Assembly: GCA_963775465.1 (NCBI GenBank)
Contig: CAVZIW010000013.1
Coordinates: 123,169-187,168, forward strand
Length of the DNA: 64,000 nucleotides
Origin: Candidatus Bathyarchaeota archaeon
GTDB taxonomy: Archaea; Thermoproteota; Bathyarchaeia; Bathyarchaeales; Bathycorpusculaceae
Direction of reading: 5' to 3'
Shown here piece after piece: positions 19,249-28,634 of the stretch (its first letter is position 1; the number at the start of each line of letters is the position of its first letter). A program made the translations under genes and the position numbers. The notes beneath the pieces are model-generated. The model was not told the DNA's origin. It did no database searches and was given only the letters and a program-made list of their open reading frames with translations.

Positions 19249-21518
19249 AAATCAAAAAGTCCTTTTTGTTCGGTTTCTTCCGCTTTTCCTAAATTCTCCC
19301 AGGTTTCCTTGTTGACAAAACCTCCGACTTGCTCCTTTATTTTTTTAGCTAACCGTGGACCCACAGAAGGCAAATTGGTTAATTCTTCTATGGAGGCGTG
19401 TTTGAGGTCTTCTATTGTTCGGTATCCAGCGTTGAATATGATGCGCCCTCGGACTCTGCCCACGCCTTCCAATGCCACGATAGGCAAGAGCTCGCGCTTT
19501 ATACCTTTAGAAACCCTCTCAACTAACTCGTGACTTAGAACTGAAACCTCTTTATTTTTGGAAACCACAGGCGAAAGTTCCTCTATGGCATGCAATAACC
19601 ACTTCGCGTTTTCAATAGTGCGGTACAAGTCGCCGGGTTGAACATTGAAGCGTTCGATGATTTTTTCTTCCGGCAACTCTTCTATCCAGTTGTTCATAAC
19701 CATAGCGGTTTTAATTTCACCCAAAAAATCCGCATAACCAATATGATCGCCCCATTGGTCAGGGATTTCCACGAAAAGCTCTTGTTTATGGTCCTCGGTG
19801 ATTATGGCTAACTTGTCCATTTCACGTTGGTAAGGGCGTAAAACAGGACCCATGTCGGGAGTATGCGAAATCAGATGTAGCAAACTGAATTCAGTCAGTA
19901 TCGACGGCTTGCTTTGCAAGGCATCCCGAATTATGACTCCTGAAAGGGGGTCGATGTAGAGTTCGCTAATCCGTTTGCCAAACTTGGTAGCTAAAATGTT
20001 GTCCCCCACAACACAAATCATCTCTTCATCGTGGAGGAACCTAAGGATTTTGTTAATTACATTTTTAATTGCTTTTACATCGTACTGGTATGCGTAGAAT
20101 GTTTTGCCGAAAAATTCGTAGATTCCCTGCTCAGTGTGGGCAAAATCTGAGGCAACCGTAGCTAAAACGTGTCCACGCATAATTTTCTCAACTGCCAGCC
20201 TTGACCAAATCCGCTCGGTTTTCGCGAGAACGTAGCTTTCCATAAGGTAGTCGGCTTCATCTGCTGTTTTAGCAATTAGCACAGATTCGCCGAATTTGTC
20301 ATATTTTGGTCGCCCCGCGCGCCCGGCCATCTGTTTGTAATCCAAAACGCTTATGGGATAGTTGCCGTATCCAGCCTCAAAACGTCGATAATCTTGGATG
20401 ATGACGATTCTGGCAGGAAGATTAACGCCCCAGGCAAGCGTGGGTGTTGCGGTTAAAACTTTTATTTTTCTTTCTTTAAAAGCGTTTTCGATAATTTTGC
20501 GGTAAGCCCCCGGCAACCCAGCATGGTGATAGGCTGTAGCGCACCTGATTAATTCGGCAAGTTCCTCGCTCATCCCTGTACGTTCACCTGCATCGAGAAT
20601 TTTTTTTGCTTCTTTATTCAAAACTGCTTTAGTTTGCTCTTCCAATGAACGTTTGACAAGTTTGGAGCCTGATTTGGGGAAGAGGGCCTTGCCCATGTGA
20701 CTTGCAACGGTTTTTGCGGCTGAAACTGCATTACGTCGGGTCGAAGAAAAAATCAACGCTTGTCCGCCATCCTTAAGCGTGTTCAAAACTAAGTTAACGA
20801 AGGCTTGACGAGTCTTTTGCTCAATTTTTTTTGAGTCGCCATCCTTGTACTGGATTTCATCGAGTAAGATTACACCTTCTTTAAGGTTAATTGGTCGCCA
20901 TTCGGTAAGGATGTACTTGGCGTTTAGCCATCCTGCAATTTCATCCACATTGTTGACAGTTGCACTTAGGGCTAATATTTGGATGTGAGGGTTAACCTGC
21001 ACAAGCCTTGCTAAAACAATTTCTAGGGTCGGTCCGCGTTCTGCTTCATTTAAAAGGTGAATTTCGTCTGCGATTACTAGTGAAATGCTGTCGAGCCATT
21101 TGGCGCGGTGCCGCAATAATGAATCAGCTTTCTCGTTTGTTGTTATTATAATGTCGAAACGTTCCAGCCAGTTGTCAGCAGCATCAAAATCGCCTGTGCT
21201 TATACCTACACTTACATTTTTGCCGTTGTCCTTTCTGATTGAAGTGTATTTTTGGAAGTCCTCAAACTTTTCACTTGCTAAAGCTCGAAGGGGTGACAAA
21301 TAAATGACTTTACCATGTTTTTCGAGCACACTTTTAAGAGCGCAGAGCTCCGCAATCAGAGTTTTTCCAGAAGCTGTTGGGGACGCAAGAACTATGTTTT
21401 GTCCCTCCAAAGCACCTGCCTTAATGGTATCTTCTTGGGGAGGAAACAACTCGACTATACCTAGAACTTCCAGTACATCTTTGACGGGTTGAGGTATTAA
21501 TAGTTCTGCGATTTTCAT
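19245..21518 (-). CDS. hel308: Ski2-like DNA helicase Hel308
   Basis: PTASGKT, DEIH, SAT, TPTLAWGVNLPA, QMAGRAGRP, C-terminal HhH. Confidence 0.93.
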   Translation of the reverse strand: MKIAELLIPQPVKDVLEVLGIVELFPPQEDTIKAGALEGQNIVLASPTASGKTLIAELCALKSVLEKHGKVIYLSPLRALASEKFEDFQKYTSIRKDNGKNVSVGISTGDFDAADNWLERFDIIITTNEKADSLLRHRAKWLDSISLVIADEIHLLNEAERGPTLEIVLARLVQVNPHIQILALSATVNNVDEIAGWLNAKYILTEWRPINLKEGVILLDEIQYKDGDSKKIEQKTRQAFVNLVLNTLKDGGQALIFSSTRRNAVSAAKTVASHMGKALFPKSGSKLVKRSLEEQTKAVLNKEAKKILDAGERTGMSEELAELIRCATAYHHAGLPGAYRKIIENAFKERKIKVLTATPTLAWGVNLPARIVIIQDYRRFEAGYGNYPISVLDYKQMAGRAGRPKYDKFGESVLIAKTADEADYLMESYVLAKTERIWSRLAVEKIMRGHVLATVASDFAHTEQGIYEFFGKTFYAYQYDVKAIKNVINKILRFLHDEEMICVVGDNILATKFGKRISELYIDPLSGVIIRDALQSKPSILTEFSLLHLISHTPDMGPVLRPYQREMDKLAIITEDHKQELFVEIPDQWGDHIGYADFLGEIKTAMVMNNWIEELPEEKIIERFNVQPGDLYRTIENAKWLLHAIEELSPVVSKNKEVSVLSHELVERVSKGIKRELLPIVALEGVGRVRGRIIFNAGYRTIEDLKHASIEELTNLPSVGPRLAKKIKEQVGGFVNKETWENLGKAEETEQKGLFDF

Positions 21519-21759
21519 GTTTTCCCTACTATATATAAAGTGATATTGTCTATGAGTTTGGGTGGGTTATTAGTGTTTATTTTAAGTTCAAGGGTTTGGT
21601 TTTTTTAATATCGCATATTCTGGGATAATGCCTGAACTCGAACTCACATCAAAACAACATTCTCCAGTAGCTCGGCTCTGTGAGGTTACGTTTTTTTAGT
21701 TGAAATTGCATTAGCAGTATAACGAGTTATCTGTTCCAAAATTTATGGTAGGATATTGA

Positions 21760-22983
21760 ATGGTTGAAAACGTAAAAGAACTCCTCAAACTCCATGAAGG
21801 AATAACACATGAAGTTTACTTAGACAACGAAAACAGCAGCATCGTACCCAAAGAAGTTGTCGAAGCAATGATACCCTACTACAACAAGGTAGCATATGGT
21901 AACCCAACACTCACTCACAAACCCGGTTGGGAAGCCTTTGAAGTTATCATGAACAGCTTCCAAAAAATCGCAAATTTTATGGGAGCAAAAATCCTCGAAG
22001 AGATCACCTTTACACCTAGCGAAACCGAAGCCAACAATTTAGCAATTATGGGGTCATGCTTTGCACAGAAAACCAAAGGAAAAAAAATAATTATTTCAGA
22101 AATCGAACCCATCAACGTCTTGCAAGTAGCAGAGATGATGGAAAAGTTTGGTTTTTCAACCACCAAAATTCCGGTTAATCAGGAAGGCTTTGTCGACTTA
22201 GAGAAGCTAAAAGAAGCTGTCGACAACGAAACAATCCTTGTCAGCATCTCATCCGTGAATAACGAGTTGGGTACAATTCAACCAATCAAAGAAGCAGTCG
22301 ACATTGTTAAATCCAAAAATCCACAAACTCTTTTCCACACTGACGCATCAGATGCCTACGGTAGAATACCTTTCAACGCACAAAAATTAAATGTAGATTT
22401 AGCTACTGTTGGGAGTTACAAGATTCAAGGTCCAAGAGGCATGGGGGCCATGTATTTGCGGGAGGGTATAAACATGGAGCGTATACTCGAAGGACAAATT
22501 GGAACCCAAAAATTGTGGCCAGGTGTGGAAAACACTCCTTTAATTGTTGGCTTTACTAAAGCCTCAGAGCTTGCTTTTGAGAACTTTAATGGTAACATCA
22601 TGAAAATGCGTACGCTACGCGATAAGCTTGTTGACGGTATATTCAATGAACTTGATGATTTGCGCTTCAATGGCCCAACAGGCGAAAAAAGAAGCCCTGA
22701 CAACGCAAACATTAGCATCCTACGTTGCGAAGGTGAAGCTTTAACCATCGAGCTAAGCTTGAAAGGCATATACGTATCCAGTGGAAGTGCATGCAGCCGA
22801 AGATTACTCCAACCCAGTCACGTCTTAGTTGCAATTGGAAGAAGATTCAGTGAAGCTCATGGAAGCATTCTAATGAAAACGACACGGTCACATACAGAAG
22901 AGGATATAGCTTACGTTTTAGAAGTTTTACCTACAGCGGTTAAACGAATAAGAGGAATAGTAGGCTCAACAGGAACCGATTGA
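21760..22983 (+). CDS. IscS/NifS-like class V aminotransferase fold with degenerate active site
   Basis: YLDN, YGNP, NNELGTIQP, K..GP.G, SSGSACS, PSHVL; many PLP/substrate residues substituted. Confidence 0.85.
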   Translation: MVENVKELLKLHEGITHEVYLDNENSSIVPKEVVEAMIPYYNKVAYGNPTLTHKPGWEAFEVIMNSFQKIANFMGAKILEEITFTPSETEANNLAIMGSCFAQKTKGKKIIISEIEPINVLQVAEMMEKFGFSTTKIPVNQEGFVDLEKLKEAVDNETILVSISSVNNELGTIQPIKEAVDIVKSKNPQTLFHTDASDAYGRIPFNAQKLNVDLATVGSYKIQGPRGMGAMYLREGINMERILEGQIGTQKLWPGVENTPLIVGFTKASELAFENFNGNIMKMRTLRDKLVDGIFNELDDLRFNGPTGEKRSPDNANISILRCEGEALTIELSLKGIYVSSGSACSRRLLQPSHVLVAIGRRFSEAHGSILMKTTRSHTEEDIAYVLEVLPTAVKRIRGIVGSTGTD

Positions 22984-22985
22984 AT

Positions 22986-23498
22986 ATGTCACGAATACCT
23001 TTACCCTACAACCCGAAAGTTATGGATTTATTTCGTAATCCCAAGAACCTCGGCAAAATGGAAGACGCGACAGTCGTAGCAGTTGCAGGAAATCCAGCAT
23101 GCGGAGATATGATAACTTTCTACCTAAAGATCGACGAAGCAAAACAAGTAATCGAGAAAGCTACCTTTGAAAGCTATGGGTGCGCTGCGAACATCGCTAC
23201 CTCCAGCATTGTTACTGAATTGATAAAAGGGTTAACTCTGGAAGTTGCGTGGAAAGACATAACATGGAAAAAAGTCACTGAGGAAATCGGCGGACTTCCA
23301 AGCGTTAAATTCCACTGCGGAGTACTCGCCGTTGGCGCACTAAAACGTGCAATTAGACAATACTTCTCTCAAAAAGGCCTTGAAAATCCAAGCTGGTTAT
23401 CTAAAGAACACACATTCGAAGAAAAACAGGCATTAGAAGAAGAGGAACTAGCAAAGACACTTTCTAAGAGACTAAAACCTGAGGCAGAAAAAAAATAA
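22986..23498 (+). CDS. iscU: Fe-S cluster scaffold IscU/NifU with charged C-terminal extension
   Basis: F.NP.N.G, GNPACGD, YGCAA.IA.SS, K.HC..LA. Confidence 0.92.
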   Translation: MSRIPLPYNPKVMDLFRNPKNLGKMEDATVVAVAGNPACGDMITFYLKIDEAKQVIEKATFESYGCAANIATSSIVTELIKGLTLEVAWKDITWKKVTEEIGGLPSVKFHCGVLAVGALKRAIRQYFSQKGLENPSWLSKEHTFEEKQALEEEELAKTLSKRLKPEAEKK

Positions 23499-24730
23499 TC
23501 AACTCCGAATCAATCAGGCAAGACTTCCCAATATTAAACAGGCAAATAAACGGCAACCCACTAGTTTATTTTGACAACGCCGCAACCACCCAAAAACCTC
23601 GCCAAGTCATCGATGCCATAAATGACTTTTACGAAAATCACAATGGAAACGTTCACCGTGCAGTCCACACACTCTCACTGGAGGCAACCGACTTGTACGA
23701 AAAAGCAAGAGAAAGAATCGCCAAATTCATTAACGCTAAAAACTCAAATGGAGTAGTCTTTGTCCGTGGTACAACTGAAGCCATAAACTTAGTTGCTTAC
23801 TCGTGGGGCTTAAATAACCTCGGAAAAGGCGACGAAGTCTTAGTTTCCCTTATGGAACACCACAGCAATATTGTGCCTTGGGAAATCATTTCAAAACTCA
23901 AGGGTTTTGCAATAAAATATTCCAAAGTCAACAATGATGGCACACTAGATTATACTGATTTTGAAAGAAAGCTCTGCAACAAAACCAAGATTGTCTGTCT
24001 TAGCCATGTCTCAAACGTCACTGGCGTTATAAACGATGTTAAACACATCGGAAAAATCGCTCATGAAAATGGCGCTTTAATGCTGGTCGACGGTGCCCAA
24101 TCAGTGCCTCATATGCCTGTACATGTTGAGGATTTGGACATGGATTTCATGGCTTTTTCGGGGCATAAAATGCTGGGACCCACAGGAATTGGCGTTCTAT
24201 ACGGTAAAAAAGAAATTCTAGAAAAAATGAGTCCATTCCAAGGGGGCGGCGAAATGATTAGAGAAGTTGCTTATAATCAAAGAAAAGAAAAATGCGGGAT
24301 AGTATGGAATGAGTTACCGTGGAAGTTTGAAGCAGGAACACCAAACATTGAAGGCGCAATTGGACTAGGCGCCGCAGTGAAATATCTTGATGAAATAGGA
24401 ATGGATAACGTGTTGGACCACGAGAAACAATTAGCCAAGTACGCTCTCAAAAGTATGCAGAAAAATAACAAAGTCGTTGTCCATGGACCTAAAAGTCTAT
24501 CCGAGAAATTGGGCATCATATCTTTTAGCATTGAAGGTTTATCCTCGCATGATGTTGCGTTACTCTTTGATAATTATGGTGTATTGATGCGGAGCGGCTA
24601 TCATTGTGCTCAGCCCTTGCATCAAATTTTCAAATTGGATTCTTCCGCCCGAGCGAGCTTTTATGTTTATAACACAGAGGCAGAAGTTGACCGCTTCATT
24701 GAAATTCTAAAGGAGCTGGATCAACTATAA
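23495..24730 (+). CDS. sufS: Group II cysteine desulfurase (SufS/CsdA); reading frame extends 66 codons upstream of the listed ORF
   Basis: In frame from 23495: IINSESIRQDFPIL...LVYFDNAATTQKP...NVHR; then EHHSN, DGAQ, FSGHKM.GPTG, FEAGTP, RSGYHCA, RASF. Confidence 0.93.
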   Translation: MINSESIRQDFPILNRQINGNPLVYFDNAATTQKPRQVIDAINDFYENHNGNVHRAVHTLSLEATDLYEKARERIAKFINAKNSNGVVFVRGTTEAINLVAYSWGLNNLGKGDEVLVSLMEHHSNIVPWEIISKLKGFAIKYSKVNNDGTLDYTDFERKLCNKTKIVCLSHVSNVTGVINDVKHIGKIAHENGALMLVDGAQSVPHMPVHVEDLDMDFMAFSGHKMLGPTGIGVLYGKKEILEKMSPFQGGGEMIREVAYNQRKEKCGIVWNELPWKFEAGTPNIEGAIGLGAAVKYLDEIGMDNVLDHEKQLAKYALKSMQKNNKVVVHGPKSLSEKLGIISFSIEGLSSHDVALLFDNYGVLMRSGYHCAQPLHQIFKLDSSARASFYVYNTEAEVDRFIEILKELDQL

Positions 24731-24999
24731 TGGGCAGTGTAGATGATTATGTATCTCAAATTGAGGGAGCATGTGGCGCAGAAAAAGATGTCATAGTTGT
24801 TTTCAAATTTGAAAAGAAAGATGAAGCCATCGCGAACATTCTAAAAAAAGCTACAGTTAAAAATAAGATTGCGGGAATAATTTTTGAGTTAACCTTTCAA
24901 GATCAATCTTTTCGACTTTACTCCAGTGGGAAAGCTATTTTCCGAGGTGTAAAAAACAAGCAAGCATTAAACAGTCTTCTAGAGAAACTTTTGCTTTAG
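24730..24999 (+). CDS. Small hypothetical protein, resembles C-terminal domain of long ThiF/MoeB proteins
   Basis: Start overlaps sufS stop (TAATG); ACG near N-terminus; RLYSSGKAIFRG. Confidence 0.55.
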   Translation: MGSVDDYVSQIEGACGAEKDVIVVFKFEKKDEAIANILKKATVKNKIAGIIFELTFQDQSFRLYSSGKAIFRGVKNKQALNSLLEKLLL

Positions 25000-25226
25000 A
25001 GTAATCCAAATGAAAATCGATTACTTCCAATTCTTAATCTTCTTTTACCTGACTTTTGGGCAAACCTAAAGTTGTTTCAGAAACTTGAATTTCTATCCGA
25101 AACATTATCCAATGGCATTAATAATATTGCAAGTAGCTGCGCATGCAAATTTTAAGAACCCGCAGACACCCCAATTTTTCTTGAAAAATAGAGTAAAATT
25201 CAAAACTTTTATGCCGATTTTCAATT

Positions 25227-26699
25227 TTAGCGACGAAACTTCACTGCTTTGTTTCTGCTAATCCAGTTGAAGAGAGGAATAAGAGGACCCTTAAGTGATT
25301 GCGGCAAAGAATCTTTTAATTCTCGATGAATCCCAATACGTATAGCCAGCTTGCCCTTCCATGTTATTGGCACGTAATAACGCGCTATAGGGTATTTCTT
25401 GAATCCATTGCTTTCTTTAAACTTGTCAAGCGAGGGATGGTTTCCTATGCGCCCATACATAAGCCAACGGTTGCCGTTGTCGGCACAAACTTCCACGGCT
25501 TTAGCGATCAGAGCATTATTTAGGGCTTTATCCCAATGTCTCTGCAAAGAGAGAATCTGCGATATAATGGCTATGTTGTCGCCGTAGATTATCTGGATGA
25601 AGCCGACTAACTCATCATCGAGGTAAGCACCGATGAATGTAGTTTTTTTTGCCAGCGCCATGTTGTAGGTGACAGATTTGAGTGATTCACCATAATGTGG
25701 GAACGCTCTGCCCTGACGAATTGGGGTTTCATTGTAGATTTTCCATATACCTTCTGACAGTCTCGGGGTAAGTTCAACAACGCTTACTTTTACACAGTTT
25801 TTTTCCGCGCGGCGAACCATGTTTCGAGTTTTCTTCCCCACTGCACTTAACCAAGCATCTGTAGTTGTTACTTTAAGCATCGCCACATTATCGTTAGTTC
25901 TAGTCCAACTGGCCGACGGATTAGAAATAGGGCAACACCAGGATCGATCAAGAAAAGTGTAGATGTCAAAACCTTGCTCCCGCAGCTTCTCTAAAAACTC
26001 GGGAGTTGGTGCGATGTTTTTTTCGTATTCCTTCACGTCACGGACGATTTTGAGACCTGCTTTTTTTCTCACGCTTAAATCTTCAAGGGCGCCGTCGACT
26101 TTGAGAACTGCACATAGTGCATCGTAGACTGGCCCTCTTTTGTTTTTATCATTTTTTTCAAACAGCCACTCGGGATGAAAAGATAAAACTACCCCCTGAT
26201 CAATCCACTCTTCGATTATGCGAACGATTTTTTCGAAACCATATTTATAACGGTCGCGGTCGATGCTAAATGTTACGTTTTTGTGAAAATCCTCTAAGGG
26301 AAAATCAGTTGGAATTACTACTTGTGGTCCTCTCAATTTTCGTCGCCAAATCAACCGCGCAATTTTTCCCGAAGTACCATGAATAGTGTAAAATTTGACG
26401 TGGCGTCCTGTTTCCTTTTCAAAGGTTTTCCATTCTTGGAGAGGTCTGTTCGCCAAGTGAATCGCCACTTCATGCCGTGACTGGTTCAGAAGTTCAAGCA
26501 GCCCCTGGTCAGGTATCGTATAGGGGGTAAAGAACCAATACGCTTTGATATTGCGCGGTGACTCGTTAATCATTCTTGCGATGATACGCGCGTTTTTCAG
26601 GTAGCTACCTTTTTTACTTTTGATGCCCAGAGCTACATAAAGGAAACTTTTCGGCCGTGAAGGATAGGGGTAATCAACGTCGATTCGCAGTTTTATCAT
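25227..26699 (-). CDS. Polysaccharide deacetylase-like domain fused to FemAB/GNAT-like domain
   Basis: N-half LRIDVD, YWFF, HEVAIH, SFHP; C-half KKTRNMVRRAEK, AYL..ELVG, L.KFKE.NGF. Confidence 0.65.
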   Translation of the reverse strand: MIKLRIDVDYPYPSRPKSFLYVALGIKSKKGSYLKNARIIARMINESPRNIKAYWFFTPYTIPDQGLLELLNQSRHEVAIHLANRPLQEWKTFEKETGRHVKFYTIHGTSGKIARLIWRRKLRGPQVVIPTDFPLEDFHKNVTFSIDRDRYKYGFEKIVRIIEEWIDQGVVLSFHPEWLFEKNDKNKRGPVYDALCAVLKVDGALEDLSVRKKAGLKIVRDVKEYEKNIAPTPEFLEKLREQGFDIYTFLDRSWCCPISNPSASWTRTNDNVAMLKVTTTDAWLSAVGKKTRNMVRRAEKNCVKVSVVELTPRLSEGIWKIYNETPIRQGRAFPHYGESLKSVTYNMALAKKTTFIGAYLDDELVGFIQIIYGDNIAIISQILSLQRHWDKALNNALIAKAVEVCADNGNRWLMYGRIGNHPSLDKFKESNGFKKYPIARYYVPITWKGKLAIRIGIHRELKDSLPQSLKGPLIPLFNWISRNKAVKFRR

Positions 26700-26747
26700 T
26701 GCTTAACTCAAATGGCAACTAAGGGACTTTTTTTGTTATAAACCCTT

Positions 26748-27959
26748 TTACGCTCCATGAGCGCGGTTTGACAGAACTTCATGATATATTTCTATGTGTT
26801 TTTCGGCAATGTTGCTCCATTTTGTTTGGTTCCACATCTCCTCACATTGACGCTTCAATTCACTTTGCAACTTGCCAAAAGAAAGCATATTTTGGATTTT
26901 TATCAGTAATTCGTGAGCATCCTCAGACTTGAATAGCTCTATGCACCCATATTGCCGATGAATTTCCTTAAACGCAGGCAAATCGGAGGTTAAGGTCGGC
27001 ACTTTATAGGATACAAGTAAGTGAAGCACACCGCTATCGGTCACATACCTATATGGAAGCAATGCAAGGTCTGTCGCGCTTAGTATTGGCGATAGGTCGG
27101 GAAGATACCCAGTGAAGGTTACCCGGTCCTGGACACCATATAACTGTGCGAGCTCTTTAAGATTAGATAAGAACTGGGCGTCTGCATCGGTTTGTGGACC
27201 ACCTGCCACGACAAGCTGGACGTTTGGATCGAGCTTGGCGAGTAGTGGGATTACTATGTCGTGCCCTTTCTTACGGGTAACAAACCCTAGAATCGTCATA
27301 ACGGTTTTTCCTTGCAACCCCAACGCGAGTTTACAGAGTTCTTTGCTTTGTATTTTCGGTTTCTGGTAGCTGCCATGCGGAATCACACTCAGTTTTGAAG
27401 AGTCTACTCGGTAATAGTTTTCCAGCAGCTTTTTGCTCTCTTGGGTGTGAACAATGATCAGGTCTGACGCTGCAAAAATCAGTTTATCCAGAAGCCTTGT
27501 ATAGAAGAATCCTCCTCTTCCACCCGCCGAAACGGCTTTTCTTGGCTCATGCATTGTTGTTACTACTCGCCGATTTCCTTGTGCCAACCCAAAATAGAAC
27601 AGAAGGCTTGCGAATGCTGTCAAGGCTTTTCCACCAATTTTAAGACTTGAAAACAACCCGTACTCGAACTGGATATGAACGATATCGTGGGAGCTCGCAA
27701 CTTTGTGCCCTAACAAAGCAAAATAGGGGCTTAAAGCATTTTTTTTTCGAAGTTCAGTCACAAATACTCTGGCTTTTTTGCTAAGTTCTTGAGCGAAAAA
27801 CTCAGAATAAGTTGCTATTCCACATTGCTTATCCCAGGAAGTGACCAAATTGATTTCAAGTAAAAGTGAATTAGTAGGTAGATGGATTTGGTGTCGATAA
27901 CGTCTTTTAAAAGACTTCATAGCGATCAGTCCGACAGTCTTTACCATATTTTTAACCAT
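26748..27959 (-). CDS. GT4-family glycosyltransferase
   Basis: CGIATYS, HIQFEYGLF, IPHG, GF...KG, LPY....SGVL; start uncertain. Confidence 0.88.
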   Translation of the reverse strand: MVKNMVKTVGLIAMKSFKRRYRHQIHLPTNSLLLEINLVTSWDKQCGIATYSEFFAQELSKKARVFVTELRKKNALSPYFALLGHKVASSHDIVHIQFEYGLFSSLKIGGKALTAFASLLFYFGLAQGNRRVVTTMHEPRKAVSAGGRGGFFYTRLLDKLIFAASDLIIVHTQESKKLLENYYRVDSSKLSVIPHGSYQKPKIQSKELCKLALGLQGKTVMTILGFVTRKKGHDIVIPLLAKLDPNVQLVVAGGPQTDADAQFLSNLKELAQLYGVQDRVTFTGYLPDLSPILSATDLALLPYRYVTDSGVLHLLVSYKVPTLTSDLPAFKEIHRQYGCIELFKSEDAHELLIKIQNMLSFGKLQSELKRQCEEMWNQTKWSNIAEKHIEIYHEVLSNRAHGA

Positions 27960-28634
27960 TTACATCCACTTCAACAAAGACACCCAAACAACTACTTTCA
28001 TTTATCTCCTAAATTGGGACGCAATAGAGACTGAGTGTTCCCTATTTTCTTTTATGTATCCACTCAAGAAGGAGGCCATAGCATGAAAGACAGGAATTGC
28101 TTTTCCCTCGGAGAGTAATTTGTCTTTCGATAGTTTTGTAAGGTACATTAAATGGCTTTGGTTGTAATAAAGATCAAACGCTGAAACAGACGACAACAAC
28201 TTAAATACAGGAACAAATCTCGATTGATTAATATTTAAATTGATTCCATAGCCTCCCAAAAAACAGTCTTTCAGAAGTTATTTAACAATACCTGTTCCAT
28301 TAATAGAAATATTCAAAATTGGACCTGCCCCGAATTGTAAAGACACTATTAATCAACCCATCCTAGACAATATTTTTACCTGTGTAATTGACCGCAACGT
28401 ACATTCAATGGGTTTAATGTATTTGGGGCTTGTTGTTGAATGTATCAATGTCGAAATATTCGATTCCCTCACCTCGAAGACGGGGACAAGTTGGGGCAGC
28501 GTAACAAAGTATGAAGCTTTAGATGAGAAGAAAATCTAGAAAACTTGTCAAATAATCAGAGATTGGCTCCCAACGATGACTCACAATAGGATTGCGATTA
28601 GCTGCCTCAAAAATATGATTCTAGCAAACCAGAA

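Noticed and set aside
28002-28259. 85-aa minus ORF in the glycan locus spacer
   Set aside because: No motifs or clear RBS; may be non-coding or a relic.
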